DNA of 55,988 bases, counting the filler, from Dirinaria sp. TL-2023a (lineage: Eukaryota), in the NCBI GenBank assembly GCA_051941275.1. It is 3 parts of 3 records of this genome, joined end to end, with 100 filler letters (N's around TTAATTAATTAA, not from the genome) between each part and the next. Parts side by side here need not be neighbours in the genome. Positions count along the whole stretch, not along the records: positions 1 to 18,607 come from JAVEBF010000374.1; 2 more parts are not named here. One strand, given 5' to 3'. Each line of letters opens with the position of its first letter. The stretch's first letter is position 1. The notes beneath the pieces were generated by a model, which made no database searches, was not told where the DNA came from, and was given only the letters and a program-made list of their open reading frames with translations. Shown piece after piece: positions 1-12,511 of this stretch. Made by a program: the position numbers and the translations under genes.

Positions 1-447
1 CTAAGATTGTTGATTTGGAGGGGGCCATGATTTTAAATTCCATTTGCCGGATGCTTTTTCTACAATACTCTATCAACAACCTCGATGAAAGAAAAATGAT
101 AAGGGCAAAGCAAAGCTATGAAGCATGCAAATAAAACAAAAAAATGTACATACAATTTGTACAATAATGACTTCCACAAGCCCCCCCCCCTTTTTTTTTT
201 TTTTCCTACGATAGATCGAAAAAAAAAAAGGAACAAAGGCACGCCTATAATTCAGCATTCTCCACCGTGATAAGAAAAAAAAACATTCTTTATGTTTCTT
301 CGAATGCAAATCATGGTAAGAAGACGCAAGCTCGGTTGCAAGCGGGGGTATCTCAGATTCTTCTTTTCAAATATGCCGCCAAAAAAAGCGCTCTCTCGCA
401 AAAGAAAGACACATGATGCATGCATTGGACCCCAAAAACAAAGGTTA

Positions 448-1924
448 TTATACTCTCAAGGTCGAACGAACTTCGTCATCTTCGCTACTGCTGGCGCTGG
501 CGCTGGCGCTGGCGCTGGTGCTGCTGTTATCGTCGGGCATCTCGTCGAGGAGTCTCTCGACATCTGTTTCCGTCTTTAGCCTCTCCCTACCGAGGACGAT
601 GTCTGAGGGAGGCTTCGCGTGTGGCAGCTTATCCATGACGCCGATTTTTGGAACACGTTTGTCGAAGGCGACTTGGTTCCGCAACGGCGTCTTCTGCGCT
701 TGCAAGTTGTTAGGATGGTAGCCTGAGTTCTTCGGGCTGGACATGAACATCAATGTCTCCACGGCATCTTTCTCCATCGCTGCATTCTGGCTAGGGGTTC
801 GCGCCACAGGCCTATGCTGAGGTGAAGGAGTCGCTGGAACGCTGCTTGTGTGGCTCTTACCTTGCGTTCCCGAGTTGTCGGTCAGGAGGCGGGGTGGTTG
901 GGCATTGGGCACGTTCGAGCGTCGGGCGTTGCGAGGAGTAATGTCTGCCGGAGGAGCTAACAAAGGGCCTGCCGACAACCTGTGAGATGGGTGCTGTGGT
1001 GTGCCCTGCTCGGAGTGTTCTCGCCAGAAGGATTCGTATGTTCGCGTTGTGTTTGCAGAAGATGGGGATTGCGCGGAGCTCCTGGACTGGGAATAGGCAT
1101 AATCGTGGCCTGAACTGGCAGTATGACGGTGAGCAGCGGACGGGTAATAATCTGGTGTGGCTGTTGACCGCTCAGAGGACTGCGTGAAGCCAGCATGGTT
1201 TGGCTGGGTGCTGCTGGAGCCGGGGCGAGGCGACTCGTTGGCTCTTCTGAGAGTCGAGGCTGTGGAGATTGGAGAGTTCTGTTGCGAGGTCATGCTTTCG
1301 AGCTCGTCAATGCTTCGTGATTGCCATCCATTCTGCACTTTCACCATTGCGTAGGAAAGTCGTGTTTTAAGCCGATCCGACAGCTGCAAATATCAGCACT
1401 CTGTATATCGCGGGTAGTTGCAGGATATCCAATTCTGAGGCTGCACGTTGCCTATGCACGCTCTGTCCTAGCCTCCGGGAGAAAGAGGCCCAAGCACAAA
1501 GAAAACTTTCATGACGTACCTCGCCAATTTGGCTTCCCTTAGACGTCATGCTTGAGCTTCTCGAATGCTCCGTCGTTGCAACGGTGATTGGACTCGTAGG
1601 TAGACTCGACTTCTCCTTCACCCTGCCATCCGCTGTCCTTTTTGATGCCACGCTCAGATCGTCCTTTATGTGCACCATCGGAGCCACCGGGGCTGAGTCT
1701 TGACGCGTCTCCAGATTCAGTCGCCTTGTAGGCGATCGGGGTTTGTCCGCGATCTGTTCTTGGCTTGAAGGGTTCGAGAGGGATGTCGACGGTGTATTCT
1801 CGCGCTGCAGAACTTCGAGGCGTCGATCTGCACTCGATTGAGGGGGGCAAGATCCTTGACTATCAATGGTATCTCCCAGAGAAGAAGCTTGGGAGTTCGG
1901 AGCTGAATGGAGTTGGGTGGCCAT
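448..1924 (-). CDS. Whi5/Nrm1-like G1/S transcriptional repressor (2 exons: 1924-1520, 1383-448)
   Basis: Motif LSDRLKTRLSYAMVKVQNGWQSRSIDELE resembles the Whi5/Nrm1 GTB motif. The protein has many SP/TP sites. A GTACGT...TTGCAG intron at 1519-1384 joins the two ORFs in frame. Confidence 0.8.
489..520. repeat. (GCTGGC)n hexamer microsatellite encoding an SASASA tract
   Basis: About five tandem ctggcg units inside the 3' end of the Whi5-like CDS. Confidence 0.85.
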
Positions 1925-2847
1925 CGCGTAAGCAGTAGGAATAGTGAGTCAGATTGTACTGCTCGAAGTGTTGAGTCAGGGAACTTTCTTCTATAGAAGA
2001 GTATGAACCACAAGGTGCATTGAAGGTCTGTTGAGCGCGTACGTCTGGAAATGTGCCCTCGTCAGATTCAACGAAACGCTGAGTGGGGTGAGCGAACGCA
2101 AAACGCGCGGCACGCGGCTGGTCCTGTGAGCAATTACGAGATGCCTGGCAGTTGGATCGGGAAAATGGCTCCTCACAAGATATTTGGCGCAGAGATACAG
2201 GCACACGTGTACCGGCCTTCATACGAAGTATGTACAGAGAGAATGGAAGGTGATTGAAGTGGTTGATGGTGTCGTGGACGTTAAGTGGGGCAGAGTAGCT
2301 GCTTGCGCGGTCACGTGTGGTCCGTTGTCGGTTGCAACGTTTGATTACCAGTAAAGTAAGATGAGTAAGATACCTAGATGTTTGCACGGTATTGTCACCA
2401 TAGATCCCCTCCAGATCTTACCTAAGGTACTGTACTTAAAGTACTGTAGGTAGGTACCTTACTACGGTAACTGCTCGACCAATTACATGTTTCTCGCTTC
2501 GCATCAATTACAGCTCCGAGTCCATGGGCTCTCTGGCACGGCGGAACGAGCGTGTTCTCTCGGCTTCATTGTAAAGAGAATTCCATCATATTCCGTTCAT
2601 TCTATATGGTATCTAGCTAACAGCACTGTAAATGGCATTTGGTATTCTAAGTCCTCATTCGCAGATAGCATCAGACCGTGCCGGCATCTCCAGTGCTCCA
2701 CCCAAAACACAAAACTAAGGCAGGAGGAATGGAAGGAGAGGATCAAGAGCGCCAACGCTAGCCTTCCAAATACCGCATGCTTTTGAATCGCAGGCTATCA
2801 GGGGGTATTTCTTTCGTGTCAGAGCATAGATAACATAACGTACAATG

Positions 2848-5800
2848 TCAACGAGGTGGCCCAATCGGGGCCGGGTATCCAGTAGTAGAATGAGAGGTAC
2901 TTGGTCGTCCACTGTCGAACGAAGCTCGCGGGTCGTGCTTCGGGGTGGCGTCTCCAGCCACGGTGCCAAATGGAAATTTGTTCTCGAATCGCGTGGGACC
3001 GAGAGGCCAGCCGTTGTGGTATTCTTCTTCCGGCAGATTGACGCCGCTGTCATTCCACGGGTTGCGGTAGCCGCTGTCACGGGACTCCATCGAGACGAGC
3101 GAGGCCCGGGAAGCGTTGGATGACGCTTGCTTGAAGAAAGATCCAGGGGAGCTGGACTGATTCTTGCGACGATCCAGGAAGGAGGAAATGGAAGAAATGC
3201 TGCCTGGCTTGCGAAGCTTCTCGAACAGCGAACCGCGATCACTGGCGTCGTCGCCAAAGGTGGACCGTGTAGGCGAGTCTGTGCAAAGCGGCAGAGGTGC
3301 GTGTTGCAAGAGCTTCGAGTTGAAAAATGGTAGGGAGTCTTCGAATGAGTCAGATTTGGGCCGGGGTATGGCCCCTTTGACAGTCGCCGCATCCAAGCTG
3401 TGAGGGATAAGTCTTGAGACCAAGAAGTCGATGGCATCTTTCAATCCACCGGCATTATTGCGCGTATACGCGAGTACAAGACGCTCCTCGGTGGTCTCGC
3501 TGTCGTTGCTTGGCTTTGGATCGCTGTGGAGTAAAAGATCCACTTCGTACTGGTGTTTGAGCTTCTGTCGGACTTCCGTTTCAAAGTCCGGCGACTTGAA
3601 GAATTGCCGAAGCTCGGCCTGTGCGGGCAGAACAAGCTCGTGGCTCTCCGGAACCATACCCTGCGAAAAGGATGAGTCAAAAAGGATGAAAGGACAGTAT
3701 GGAATGCACGAACCAAGAACTCATCCACCGCTTGTGGTACTTGATATTCTGGGCCAGATATTGTTACGACATCACTTGCCATTTCGGTACTGGGGAAATC
3801 GATCTTGCAATTCCATTTCTTTTCAAGCTCCTCGATCTCGTGCATGCGAGCAATGAGTTCTCTATGGTACAAGCGATTGATGACGACGGTCTCAGAGACG
3901 AATTCGGCATCCTTTACAGCACAAACGCAAGTTAGAGGTCTGCAGGCTGGTAGTCGGATTCATCCGATTCGGATTCCGACATCGCTGAATCGTCAGGATC
4001 ATGACGTACCACTTTCTCAACCATGTCCATAATCTCCTGCTTGACAAGATCCAAGCTCTGCGCGTTGCGAGCAGGTGTGCGACAGATCACATTGTCAACC
4101 TTGATATCGTCCTCATCTTTACCGACGCCGCCACGATCCATGGCGTTGGAAAACTTGACGAATACTGAGTATTTCTTCATGATCCGTTGGATATGCTGGC
4201 CGCCAATACCGATAATGCGCTTATGGTATTGATCGGGCACGTGGAAGGAGATTGAAGCTGGCATCTCTTGCTCAACAAGATCGAGACCATTCTTTGTAGC
4301 ATCGTATTGCGCGCCACACACATCAATGTAGAAATTGTACTCGTTGAAGCCGTCGAAAATGATCTGAACATTGCCTGCATCCCAGATTAGGGGAAATAGG
4401 CGAACAACGACTTAAAAAAAGGACCTACTTTGGCCCATGATCTTATTGATCTTCCCATTCTTCTTCCCACTCACAAACTCTTTATGCTCATTTGCCAGCT
4501 CGATCTTGACACGAATTTGGTATTGTGCCCGCTTGACAAAGGGAATCTGGTGAATGACCATCATAGCAGCTTTGACGGCATCATCCGAACCATTCATGGA
4601 GAAAGCGAGCTTATCGAAACCAACATCAGCACCGGAATTGGTGCAGATATCCGATAGCATGGTCCGGATGTCGGCCGGCGAGGGTGCCCGCATAGCGCTT
4701 CCTTGCATCGACTCCGGCAGCATTAGCCACCAAGAGGCACCATAGAATTGACCAGCCTGAGGATTATCAGCTGCTGCTTCCAGCTGCGATAGCATGCCGA
4801 CTTACAAGAGCCATAATTTCTCGCACTGTACGTTCTACGTGCAAAATTTCCGTCCCTTGGACTCGGATCAAACCGCGTTGACTGCCGAGTTGGGGAAAGA
4901 GTACGTAGGAGCCATTGGCCTCCATGACCTTGCGAACTTTGTCGAGTCGATCGAGCAGTATTGCGTCGATCTTGTTTGCGGATACCATCACATCCTTCAC
5001 ATAGCATTTGGTGTTCATGACAAGCTCATGGAGCTTTTTCTTGGCCTGATTGATGTTCTCTTGGTTGCCGCCTGTGATGTAGACCTCATCTTCCCCTCTT
5101 CGATGGGCACCAGGCGGAGTGTACCCATAGACACGAGGGAAGGGTGGTGGGAAATATATCGCGGTATTCGAAGCCGATTCAATAAGCCGAATGTTCTTCC
5201 TAGTTCGGCCACAGATAATCGTGTGTAAAGACAACTCAAGCTTCATGACGTCGACCGTGCGCTTGAGCTGCATGACTAAGGATCAGCAGATGCCGCATAT
5301 AGCTCATCCGGCCGTGGACTTACGATTTGGTCTATCATAATCAGGACCCTGGTTTTTGCATGTTCCGAGCTCTCTGGATCACCATAGATAGAGATTCGTA
5401 ATCGTTGATCCAATCCTTGCTCGTATCCATTACCGTAGCTCGAATTCGAATCATGGTCACTTGGCTTGGGGTTCAGCAGGAAGATATCGGTGCCGGTGAA
5501 CTTAGCAAGGATATCGATGTGCTCGAGTACGTTGGCCCTGACCCCTTTCATTTCTTGATCGACGACTAGACTCGTGTCGATGTCGACAATCGCACATCTC
5601 TGTACCATAGTCAGCCATGGTCGTACCAATCTGCCGAAATAGCTTTACCAGAGCAATCGGCGTCTCGTTCAGGATCTTGGCCCTCATCTTGTGGGTAGTA
5701 TCTGCATCACCGGACACACAAACGTTCGTCACCAGACCTTTCAATGGCCGTCGTTGTAACGCCGCTGTTGGATTGGGCACGGACGAGGTGACAGTAGCCT

Positions 5801-6164
5801 CGACCCGTCCGACGCTCCCTTCGCTCAGTATGCGGCATAGCTTCCTCAATTGCTCCACGTTCTGAGCATGCACCGGCAGCTTGTGTATCGCCGTCCCTTC
5901 TTCGGTACCTTCGGGAAAAGTCCATCTCCGAAGCGCCTCCGGACTGGCATGTAGGACCTCTTCGGGATCTGGACCGGCGAGGTTGGAGGAGAAAGGGACA
6001 TTGAAGGATAAGTTGACCAAAGTGTCGGTTGGGGTCAGTGGGGACATGGGGGACCCGTTCGTGGGCCGCTTGATGGGCTGAGCAATATTGAGATCCATAT
6101 GCTGCCTCGACATGAAGGCATTGGGCGTCACCTTCTCCAGGCCGTGCCTTGCGAAACGTTGCAT
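2848..6164 (-). CDS. Multi-KH-domain RNA-binding protein (Mug60/YLL032C-like), 7 exons
   Basis: KH-like motifs HTIICGRTRKNI, HKEFVSGKKNGKINKI and HKRIIGIGGQHIQRI. GT-AG introns at about 5648-5600, 5323-5268, 4805-4757, 4428-4375, 4009-3912 and 3713-3661 join the ORF fragments. Start is ATG 6164 or 6113. Confidence 0.8.
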
Positions 6165-7398
6165 CTTGCACTGCTATCGACCACTCTCCCACAGTGCTAC
6201 AATCGTTTTGGTGGAACCGAGTTGGGATTCATCTGTTAAGGAGGTCCAGGATCGGGTGTCGTGTTACAGGCGGTGATAGTGATGAGCAAGGATCATTAAA
6301 GTCGAGCTGGGGTGTTGCTAAGGACGCGGAGGAATCAGGTTGTGATGCGGGCTAAGCTGCTTGACAAACGGCACAGAGGGAGCCGAGTCCGAGGTGGACA
6401 GCAAAAGACGCGAAAAAACGGTTTCTCCAGCTCCAGCTTCAGCTTCAGCTTCAAAATGACATGATTATTTTCCAAGAATTCTGCATGACCAACGATCCGC
6501 CTTCGAATAGCTGGCGTAATGTATACGGAATAGTGGGGGAATAGCTGAGTTGATGAGGTCAAGTAAGTACTGTTGGTAAGGTGAGATAGTAAGGTCGGCA
6601 GGTGAGAAGGCAAATCAAGCACTGTGCCTTAGGTAAGGTCAGGTAGGTAAGGTACGGATGACTATTCGTACGGACCACCTTACCTATCGACTTTACCCGT
6701 AGAGGTGCCGAACCTTTAGCTGGGTGTGCGGGCTTAGAGGTAGCGTAGGTACCTAGTAGGCAGGGCTCGGCAGGTAAGGGTTGCTCAGCCCTTTTGTTTT
6801 TCTTACGGAGCCTGAAGCTGTCCATCGAGCGCCAAGTTCTCGGGCTCGGCGGCTTTAGGTGGTGGGGCACGTGACCAGTCTTGCCATCGATTGGTGGTGG
6901 GTACTCGTACCTTGAGGTCCGACGGGGGCTGCATTGATGTTGGGGGTGGACAGCGGCAGACTGCATGAAGGATTGAAGAGCGGGGGCGAAAGGGGGGGTT
7001 GGACAGAACCATCCTACCTATCATCACTGATGTGACTGGCTGACGAAATGCAGGAAAACAACTCGCGGAATCTTTGGATGACAAGTGACTGCATGAAGTA
7101 CTGTATGATGATTGATGCGAAGGTAAGATATCTACTTAGTCACATGGAATCGGTCAATGCACAAACGTGATGATATCAGGGCAATCCGTTCATAGAAGCC
7201 ATGGAGCCATAGTCTCGACGCTTTGGTCAGCATTATGTACAGGAGGTATCGAATGTAAGCAAAGCTGGCAACGTCTCTCTTCGGCGACAACGCTCTCTTG
7301 TATTACCACTCCCACCACCTCATCCTCCTGCAACGGACCAACCCCGCCATAGCACGCAAAGGAATGGCAGAATCCCCTCAAAGACGGAGGCTGCTCTG

Positions 7399-9978
7399 TC
7401 ATGACACCACGCGTCTCATTGGATCCCTGGCTGATTCAAATACAACTCGCTCGTCGTACGCTCCGTCCGTGAAATACCGACGCTCCGTCTCAGGCGCATA
7501 CTGATACCTTGGCCGCTCCTCTGCCGGCCCTGGCTGTCTCATGTACATCTCCTCCGGGCGGACAGATACTTGTCGCACCGGCTGTGCCATGGCCTCTCGT
7601 CGACCGCTGAGGTCGATGATGCGCTCTCGTTCTGGCCGGACGCTCTGCACCCGCGTGATCGGCTCGCGAGGCATCTCGTAGTGGTTGCCCATGGGTCGAA
7701 CACTGGGCATCCGGGAGGCGGCTTCACTAGGACGGGCCACCTCCTCAAAGCGACCGATTTGATTTTCTGGATAGCGTACAATGCGGACGCCTTCGCTAGG
7801 CGGTGGGTATGCGCTTTCGCGGTAGCGGTCATTTTCCGGAACCATTGATCTGGTTCGAGCAGGTGGCGCGTATTCAATATACCGTGGTGAAGCCGGCGAA
7901 GGTGCCCTTTGAAGGTATCGCGTCTCTGGTGGGTGCTCAAAGGATGGGTTGCGGACGCTTGTCGCACGTATGGGCTCATAACGAGAATCATAATCATTAG
8001 AACGACCCAACGGCACGATTGACATCTGCCGTTCAGGCGGTACAGGTGCTTCAATGAACCGGTTGCCATATTGATCAACCACGATGCGGCGAGGTGGAGG
8101 TGCCATAACAACAGATCCATGCCTCGGTGGCGGAGACCTCTGCACATGAAGTAGTGCAGGGGAAGGAGAGCGATCTGGACCATACCTGGGTAAAAGCTGC
8201 GCAGAGGCACGATATTGCTGTGACGGATCTTGGCTTGCTCGAGGTAGGTATACCTGTGATACAGCCTGCATTGAGTAGGGATTGGCACCAGAGTATTTTT
8301 CGACTGGCGATGGAGGAGCTCTTACTTGCTTTGCACTGAGTACCGGCCGCATATCAGAATCCGGTGGAATTTCTATAATACGTCCACCGCCATGACCAGC
8401 CGGTGTCATTGGTCCTGCGGATCCAGGCAGATATGAGGGACCATGATCTTCATTCCGTCTCGCTGAAGTATTACTTTGTTCAACGGGACGTTGACGTGGT
8501 GTTGTGGTGTCGATATATACTGGCCGATGAACTTCCTCTTTCCTGGGAGGTCGCCATGCTTCAAGAGCTCCCGGTGGCTGTGGCGAAACTGGCTCGTCTT
8601 TGATACGTACTTCAGGTGAAACTTCTTTTCTCGCAGCTACATTCCGTCCTGTCTCTCCTGAATTTGTGCGCCTTCTCCGCTTTCTAGAGCTCAAAGGCTG
8701 GACAGGTTGGTTGGGACTGTGCCTACCTGCAGAATTGCCTATAGCGGGTTCGGATCGCTTGTTCTGCTGCCGGTTATTACGAATTTGGGATACTGCAGGC
8801 CCTTTTGCTACTGCAAGCGGTGAAACGCGGGCTGGCTGGGGTGCTAGTGGTGAGGTAATATGGTTCCTGACTATCCGCATATCACTTGTTGCCAGCTCCT
8901 CTGCCATATCGTTGCGCCGAGCGTACTCACGTGATTGAGACTCTAAGGCCTTCGAAGATCGTCGTGGAGCAGACCCAAGGGGCCGGGCACGATTCACGTC
9001 GTCAGCGCTTACATTGTTTGTGCCTGACACAAGGGATGAAGGGACGCGGACATCTGGCGGAGAGTATGGAGGCTCATCAAGTATTTCTGCTTCTCGAGTG
9101 ATTGGAGGCGTCACGGGACGTTGTGTAGGCTTCTCTGTTGATCTCAAGAGACGCAGTTCTTTTTCAAGTCGAGCAATCTGCTCGACGTGGGACTCGGGCG
9201 CCTTTGCAGTGACTGGCTCGATACGACCCTGAGAGCGTGAGCTTATCTGTTCATCAGCATCGTTGCCGCTATCAATGTCCATGGGCTGCGGCCCGCCTTC
9301 TTGTGCTTCAACGTGAGCCATATGGTTCGCGGGCGCATCTGTTTCCTCTGATGTAGTATTCATTTGACTCGAGTAAAACGTCTTCTCGTCAAAGGAATCA
9401 CTGGAAGAAGCAACACGATTAGCAGCATTACGAACTGTCAACCTAATAGGCTTTACGATGTTTTGCGCTTTTCGAAGTACTTCCATTACGTTGAACTCTG
9501 GCAACGCGTACTCCTCGAGAACGTTCTGTCTCGCAAAAGCTCGCTTTTGGCCAATCTGTTCGTCGAGACTACGTTCAAGACGTTGCCTTTTCTGCTGCAG
9601 CTCTGCTCTTACCAGCACGTCGGATTTGGTTAAGAATATGGGATCAATGCCAGAAGCAGGCCCAGAGCTGGTCGTGGGCGTTGTATCTGATGTTGCAGCA
9701 GTAGCCACGCCAGCTTGCGCCGACTTACCAGATACAACATTGTGGGCAGGCGCTTTAACTGTAGAGCTGAAGATACCGTCTTTTATGGCTGGGCCTGACA
9801 AGGAAGACACAGACACGGGGAGCTTCGTGGCTGGAGGGACTTGCTTAAGAGGTTTGAGCGTGGGGTGTCTGTCGGCAAAGACATCATCCCGTAGTTTCAA
9901 GATTCTCTCATATGCTGCATTGTGTGTGGAGGGTAGCTCGACCGGCTTGATGCTGTTACTGGCAAGCGTAGTCGACAT
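7399..9978 (-). CDS. Large Pro/Arg/Ser-rich, largely disordered hypothetical protein (single exon)
   Basis: ~860-codon open frame, probable ATG at 9978 (MSTTLASN). Short helical blocks (AAYERILKLRDDVF; IDPIFLTKSDVLVRAELQQKRQRLE) and a basic NLS-like SRKRRRR. Confidence 0.75.
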   Translation of the reverse strand: MSTTLASNSIKPVELPSTHNAAYERILKLRDDVFADRHPTLKPLKQVPPATKLPVSVSSLSGPAIKDGIFSSTVKAPAHNVVSGKSAQAGVATAATSDTTPTTSSGPASGIDPIFLTKSDVLVRAELQQKRQRLERSLDEQIGQKRAFARQNVLEEYALPEFNVMEVLRKAQNIVKPIRLTVRNAANRVASSSDSFDEKTFYSSQMNTTSEETDAPANHMAHVEAQEGGPQPMDIDSGNDADEQISSRSQGRIEPVTAKAPESHVEQIARLEKELRLLRSTEKPTQRPVTPPITREAEILDEPPYSPPDVRVPSSLVSGTNNVSADDVNRARPLGSAPRRSSKALESQSREYARRNDMAEELATSDMRIVRNHITSPLAPQPARVSPLAVAKGPAVSQIRNNRQQNKRSEPAIGNSAGRHSPNQPVQPLSSRKRRRRTNSGETGRNVAARKEVSPEVRIKDEPVSPQPPGALEAWRPPRKEEVHRPVYIDTTTPRQRPVEQSNTSARRNEDHGPSYLPGSAGPMTPAGHGGGRIIEIPPDSDMRPVLSAKQVRAPPSPVEKYSGANPYSMQAVSQVYLPRASQDPSQQYRASAQLLPRYGPDRSPSPALLHVQRSPPPRHGSVVMAPPPRRIVVDQYGNRFIEAPVPPERQMSIVPLGRSNDYDSRYEPIRATSVRNPSFEHPPETRYLQRAPSPASPRYIEYAPPARTRSMVPENDRYRESAYPPPSEGVRIVRYPENQIGRFEEVARPSEAASRMPSVRPMGNHYEMPREPITRVQSVRPERERIIDLSGRREAMAQPVRQVSVRPEEMYMRQPGPAEERPRYQYAPETERRYFTDGAYDERVVFESARDPMRRVVS

Positions 9979-10398
9979 GCCAGAGAGCACAGACAAAGCC
10001 CGATTCAACCAATACACACGGCAACGAAATTGCAACAGAGAGCAGTTGCAACAGCCCACTGGAGCTGCCTTGATAGGATTCTCAGTGAGCGGTGTTGTGG
10101 TTGAAGGAGTATGTGGTGTGTTGAAGTAAAGGTAAGCAAGTGATTGAGGAAAAGGGGACTCGGATGTATGGAAAAGGACGCTACTGGTAATACGATAACA
10201 CCTGCAAACCAGCCAAAGGTGCCAAGGCGGGATCAGGCACGCTGAGCCGTCACTGTTGGTGTCATTGGACTAAAGTGAAAGCTGCTTCGAGGCAATGATG
10301 AGAACACCGGGATCCTGAGATGGCTTTCTCTCAGGGCAATGCAGAACTGTTCAATCCCCTCTCGAATCCTACCTTGTCGCCTCTGAACAGAACTGATA

Positions 10399-11282
10399 AT
10401 GGCTAAACGGCCTGTATTTCAAGCCGAAACGGAGGTCCACTCATCCAGCGAGGATGCTCGTCCCCTGCTCTTTTTCGATATCGACAACTGTGTATAACTA
10501 CTTCGCAATGAATGCAGCCATTCACTGACCGGCGTACAGCTCTATCCTCGCAGCACAAATGTTCAGGAGTTGATGTATGGCCTGATCAGTAAGTGGATCA
10601 CTGTACCCAAACCGAACTCCGAGTCTCATGAGCAACAGCCGAATACTTCAAGAGACACCTATCACTTTCCGAGGAAGATGCCAATGTGCTGCACGAGCGT
10701 TACTATAAGGATTACGGTCTTGCGGTGTCCGGTCTGGCCAAACACCACCGAATAGACCCTCTAAATTTCAACCATGAAGTCGACGACGCTCTTCCGCTTG
10801 ACCAAATCATTAAACCTAATCCACAGCTTCGGAAGCTGTTGGAGGATATCGACAAGACAAAAGCGAAGCTATGGCTCTTCACCAATGCGCACATAACGCA
10901 TGCGCAGAGGGTGGTGAAGCTGCTTGGCGTGGAGGATATGTTCGAGGGACTTACATACTGCGACTATAGCAGATCGCCGCTACTGTGCAAGCCGCACGCA
11001 GAGATGTTCGAGAAAGCGGAGAAAGAGTCGGGTGCGACGTCAGCTAGGGAATGCTTCTTTGTCGATGACACTTATCTCAACTGCCAGCATGCTCAAATGA
11101 GGGGCTGGTCGACGGCGCATCTCATCGAGCACGGAGAGCCAGAGCCAGAAACGCGGGCTGCAAAATATCAGATACGTGATTTGGAAGAGCTTCGGAGCAT
11201 ATTCCCGCAGTTTTTTAGGTCTTCATCCTCTCCAAATGGAAATGTCGAACTGCTTGAGACAGCTACTCCGTCTCAGCTATAG
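10399..11282 (+). CDS. SDT1: Pyrimidine 5'-nucleotidase, HAD superfamily (3 exons)
   Basis: Spliced translation gives HAD motif I FFDIDNCLYP, then LFTNAHITHA, CKP and FFVDD. Introns at about 10492-10539 and 10589-10638. Confidence 0.9.
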
Positions 11283-12117
11283 ATAGAAATACTGGATATT
11301 TTATCGTTATAGATTGTGTTCAGAAATAGTACCTATGACAGAATGTTGTCCTTGAACTCGCAAAGGTTCTTCCACTGGTATTCCAATTATCACTCTACCA
11401 AGTTTGACCCCAATCAAGCCCGTTCGATCTCGGAAGATATAAATTTCGGAGTCCTTACTCAGTACTAACTCACCTTACTTTCAACATACAGTGTATGCTA
11501 CTTTTGAAACTCGCATTCGAATCAAGCGAAAACCTCTACCTGGGCCGATACCACAGCAACGCCTAAGTGAGATTTGAGGACGCACGAAAATTCCAACCAA
11601 ACCGATCACGAACCACTCCAATGAATAGGTCGCTTAACACCTTGTATCTCAGGCGGACGCTGTTGCATGAAGCCAAAGAAGCCAATTTCGAGCCGCAGAT
11701 CAACCAACCATATTTCCCATGTTACTTGACCCGCAGAACACTAATAGAAGATAGGGGAAATGACTAGGTAGTATAGGCAAGACCGAAAACGGAAGTAATA
11801 AATCAAGGAAGTGACTGGCACGAGGGCAGTGCGGTACCAGGGGTAGGTAGAGCCTAGTAGTGGATCAGGAGCTGAAAGACAACAATGATGGCCATCGAGA
11901 TTGAAGAGATTGAGAGTGGATTTGAGGATAGCGATATAAAGTAAGGTACAGTAAGTAGCTATAGTAATTGTGACTTCAAATAATCTTCTCCTACTCAAAG
12001 GATACAAGTAATACATACATACAGGAACGTGATCGCGAAGTAAAAATAGAAAGGAAGGAAAAGAGAAGAAGAAAGAGAGAGGGAAAGGAAAAAGAAAAAA
12101 AAAGAAAAGAAAAAAAA

Positions 12118-12402
12118 ATTGTACATGCCCTATCCCACATCTTCAGTCCGACTCCCCGCCGGGGTAGGAAGGTGGGGTCAGAGTCGCTACATTAGCCATT
12201 GCCTTTGAAAGTAAAGGAAGAGGGCCCGAAGGACGAATGACCCACCGCGACCTAGATACGTTGCAGGCCCACAGGGGTAAACCCCGAAAGGTCCACCCCT
12301 ACGTGTGTGCCCAAGGGAACGGTGGAAAGCCGGGCCTCGGAATGTAGGCGAGCATGTGAGGCAGGATTTACAGCGGCCATGTTACCATTACGCCATCATA
12401 CC
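12118..12402 (-). ncRNA. Candidate structured non-coding RNA of unknown class, probably Pol III-transcribed
   Basis: TATA-rich element at 12421-12440, A-box-like TGGCGTAATGG at 12395-12385, two UUCG-capped hairpins, long-range 5'/3' pairing and an oligo-T run at the 3' end. It is a GC-rich island between A/T tracts. Confidence 0.6.
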
Positions 12403-12479
12403 TAAGATGCGAACCACGGCTTAATTTAAATATATAAATTCGATTTCGTCGAGAGTTCGAGCACCGGTAAGACCACGAA

Positions 12480-12511
<32 letters not shown>

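Noticed and set aside
12140..12150. Hammerhead ribozyme core CUGAAGA on the minus strand
   Set aside because: No GAAA and stem II in the required arrangement.
12360..12420. Complete, intron-containing or permuted tRNA-Tyr
   Set aside because: Only a 5'-half-like sequence is present. There is no pairing T-arm, no anticodon 3' strand and no TCATACC acceptor complement on either side.
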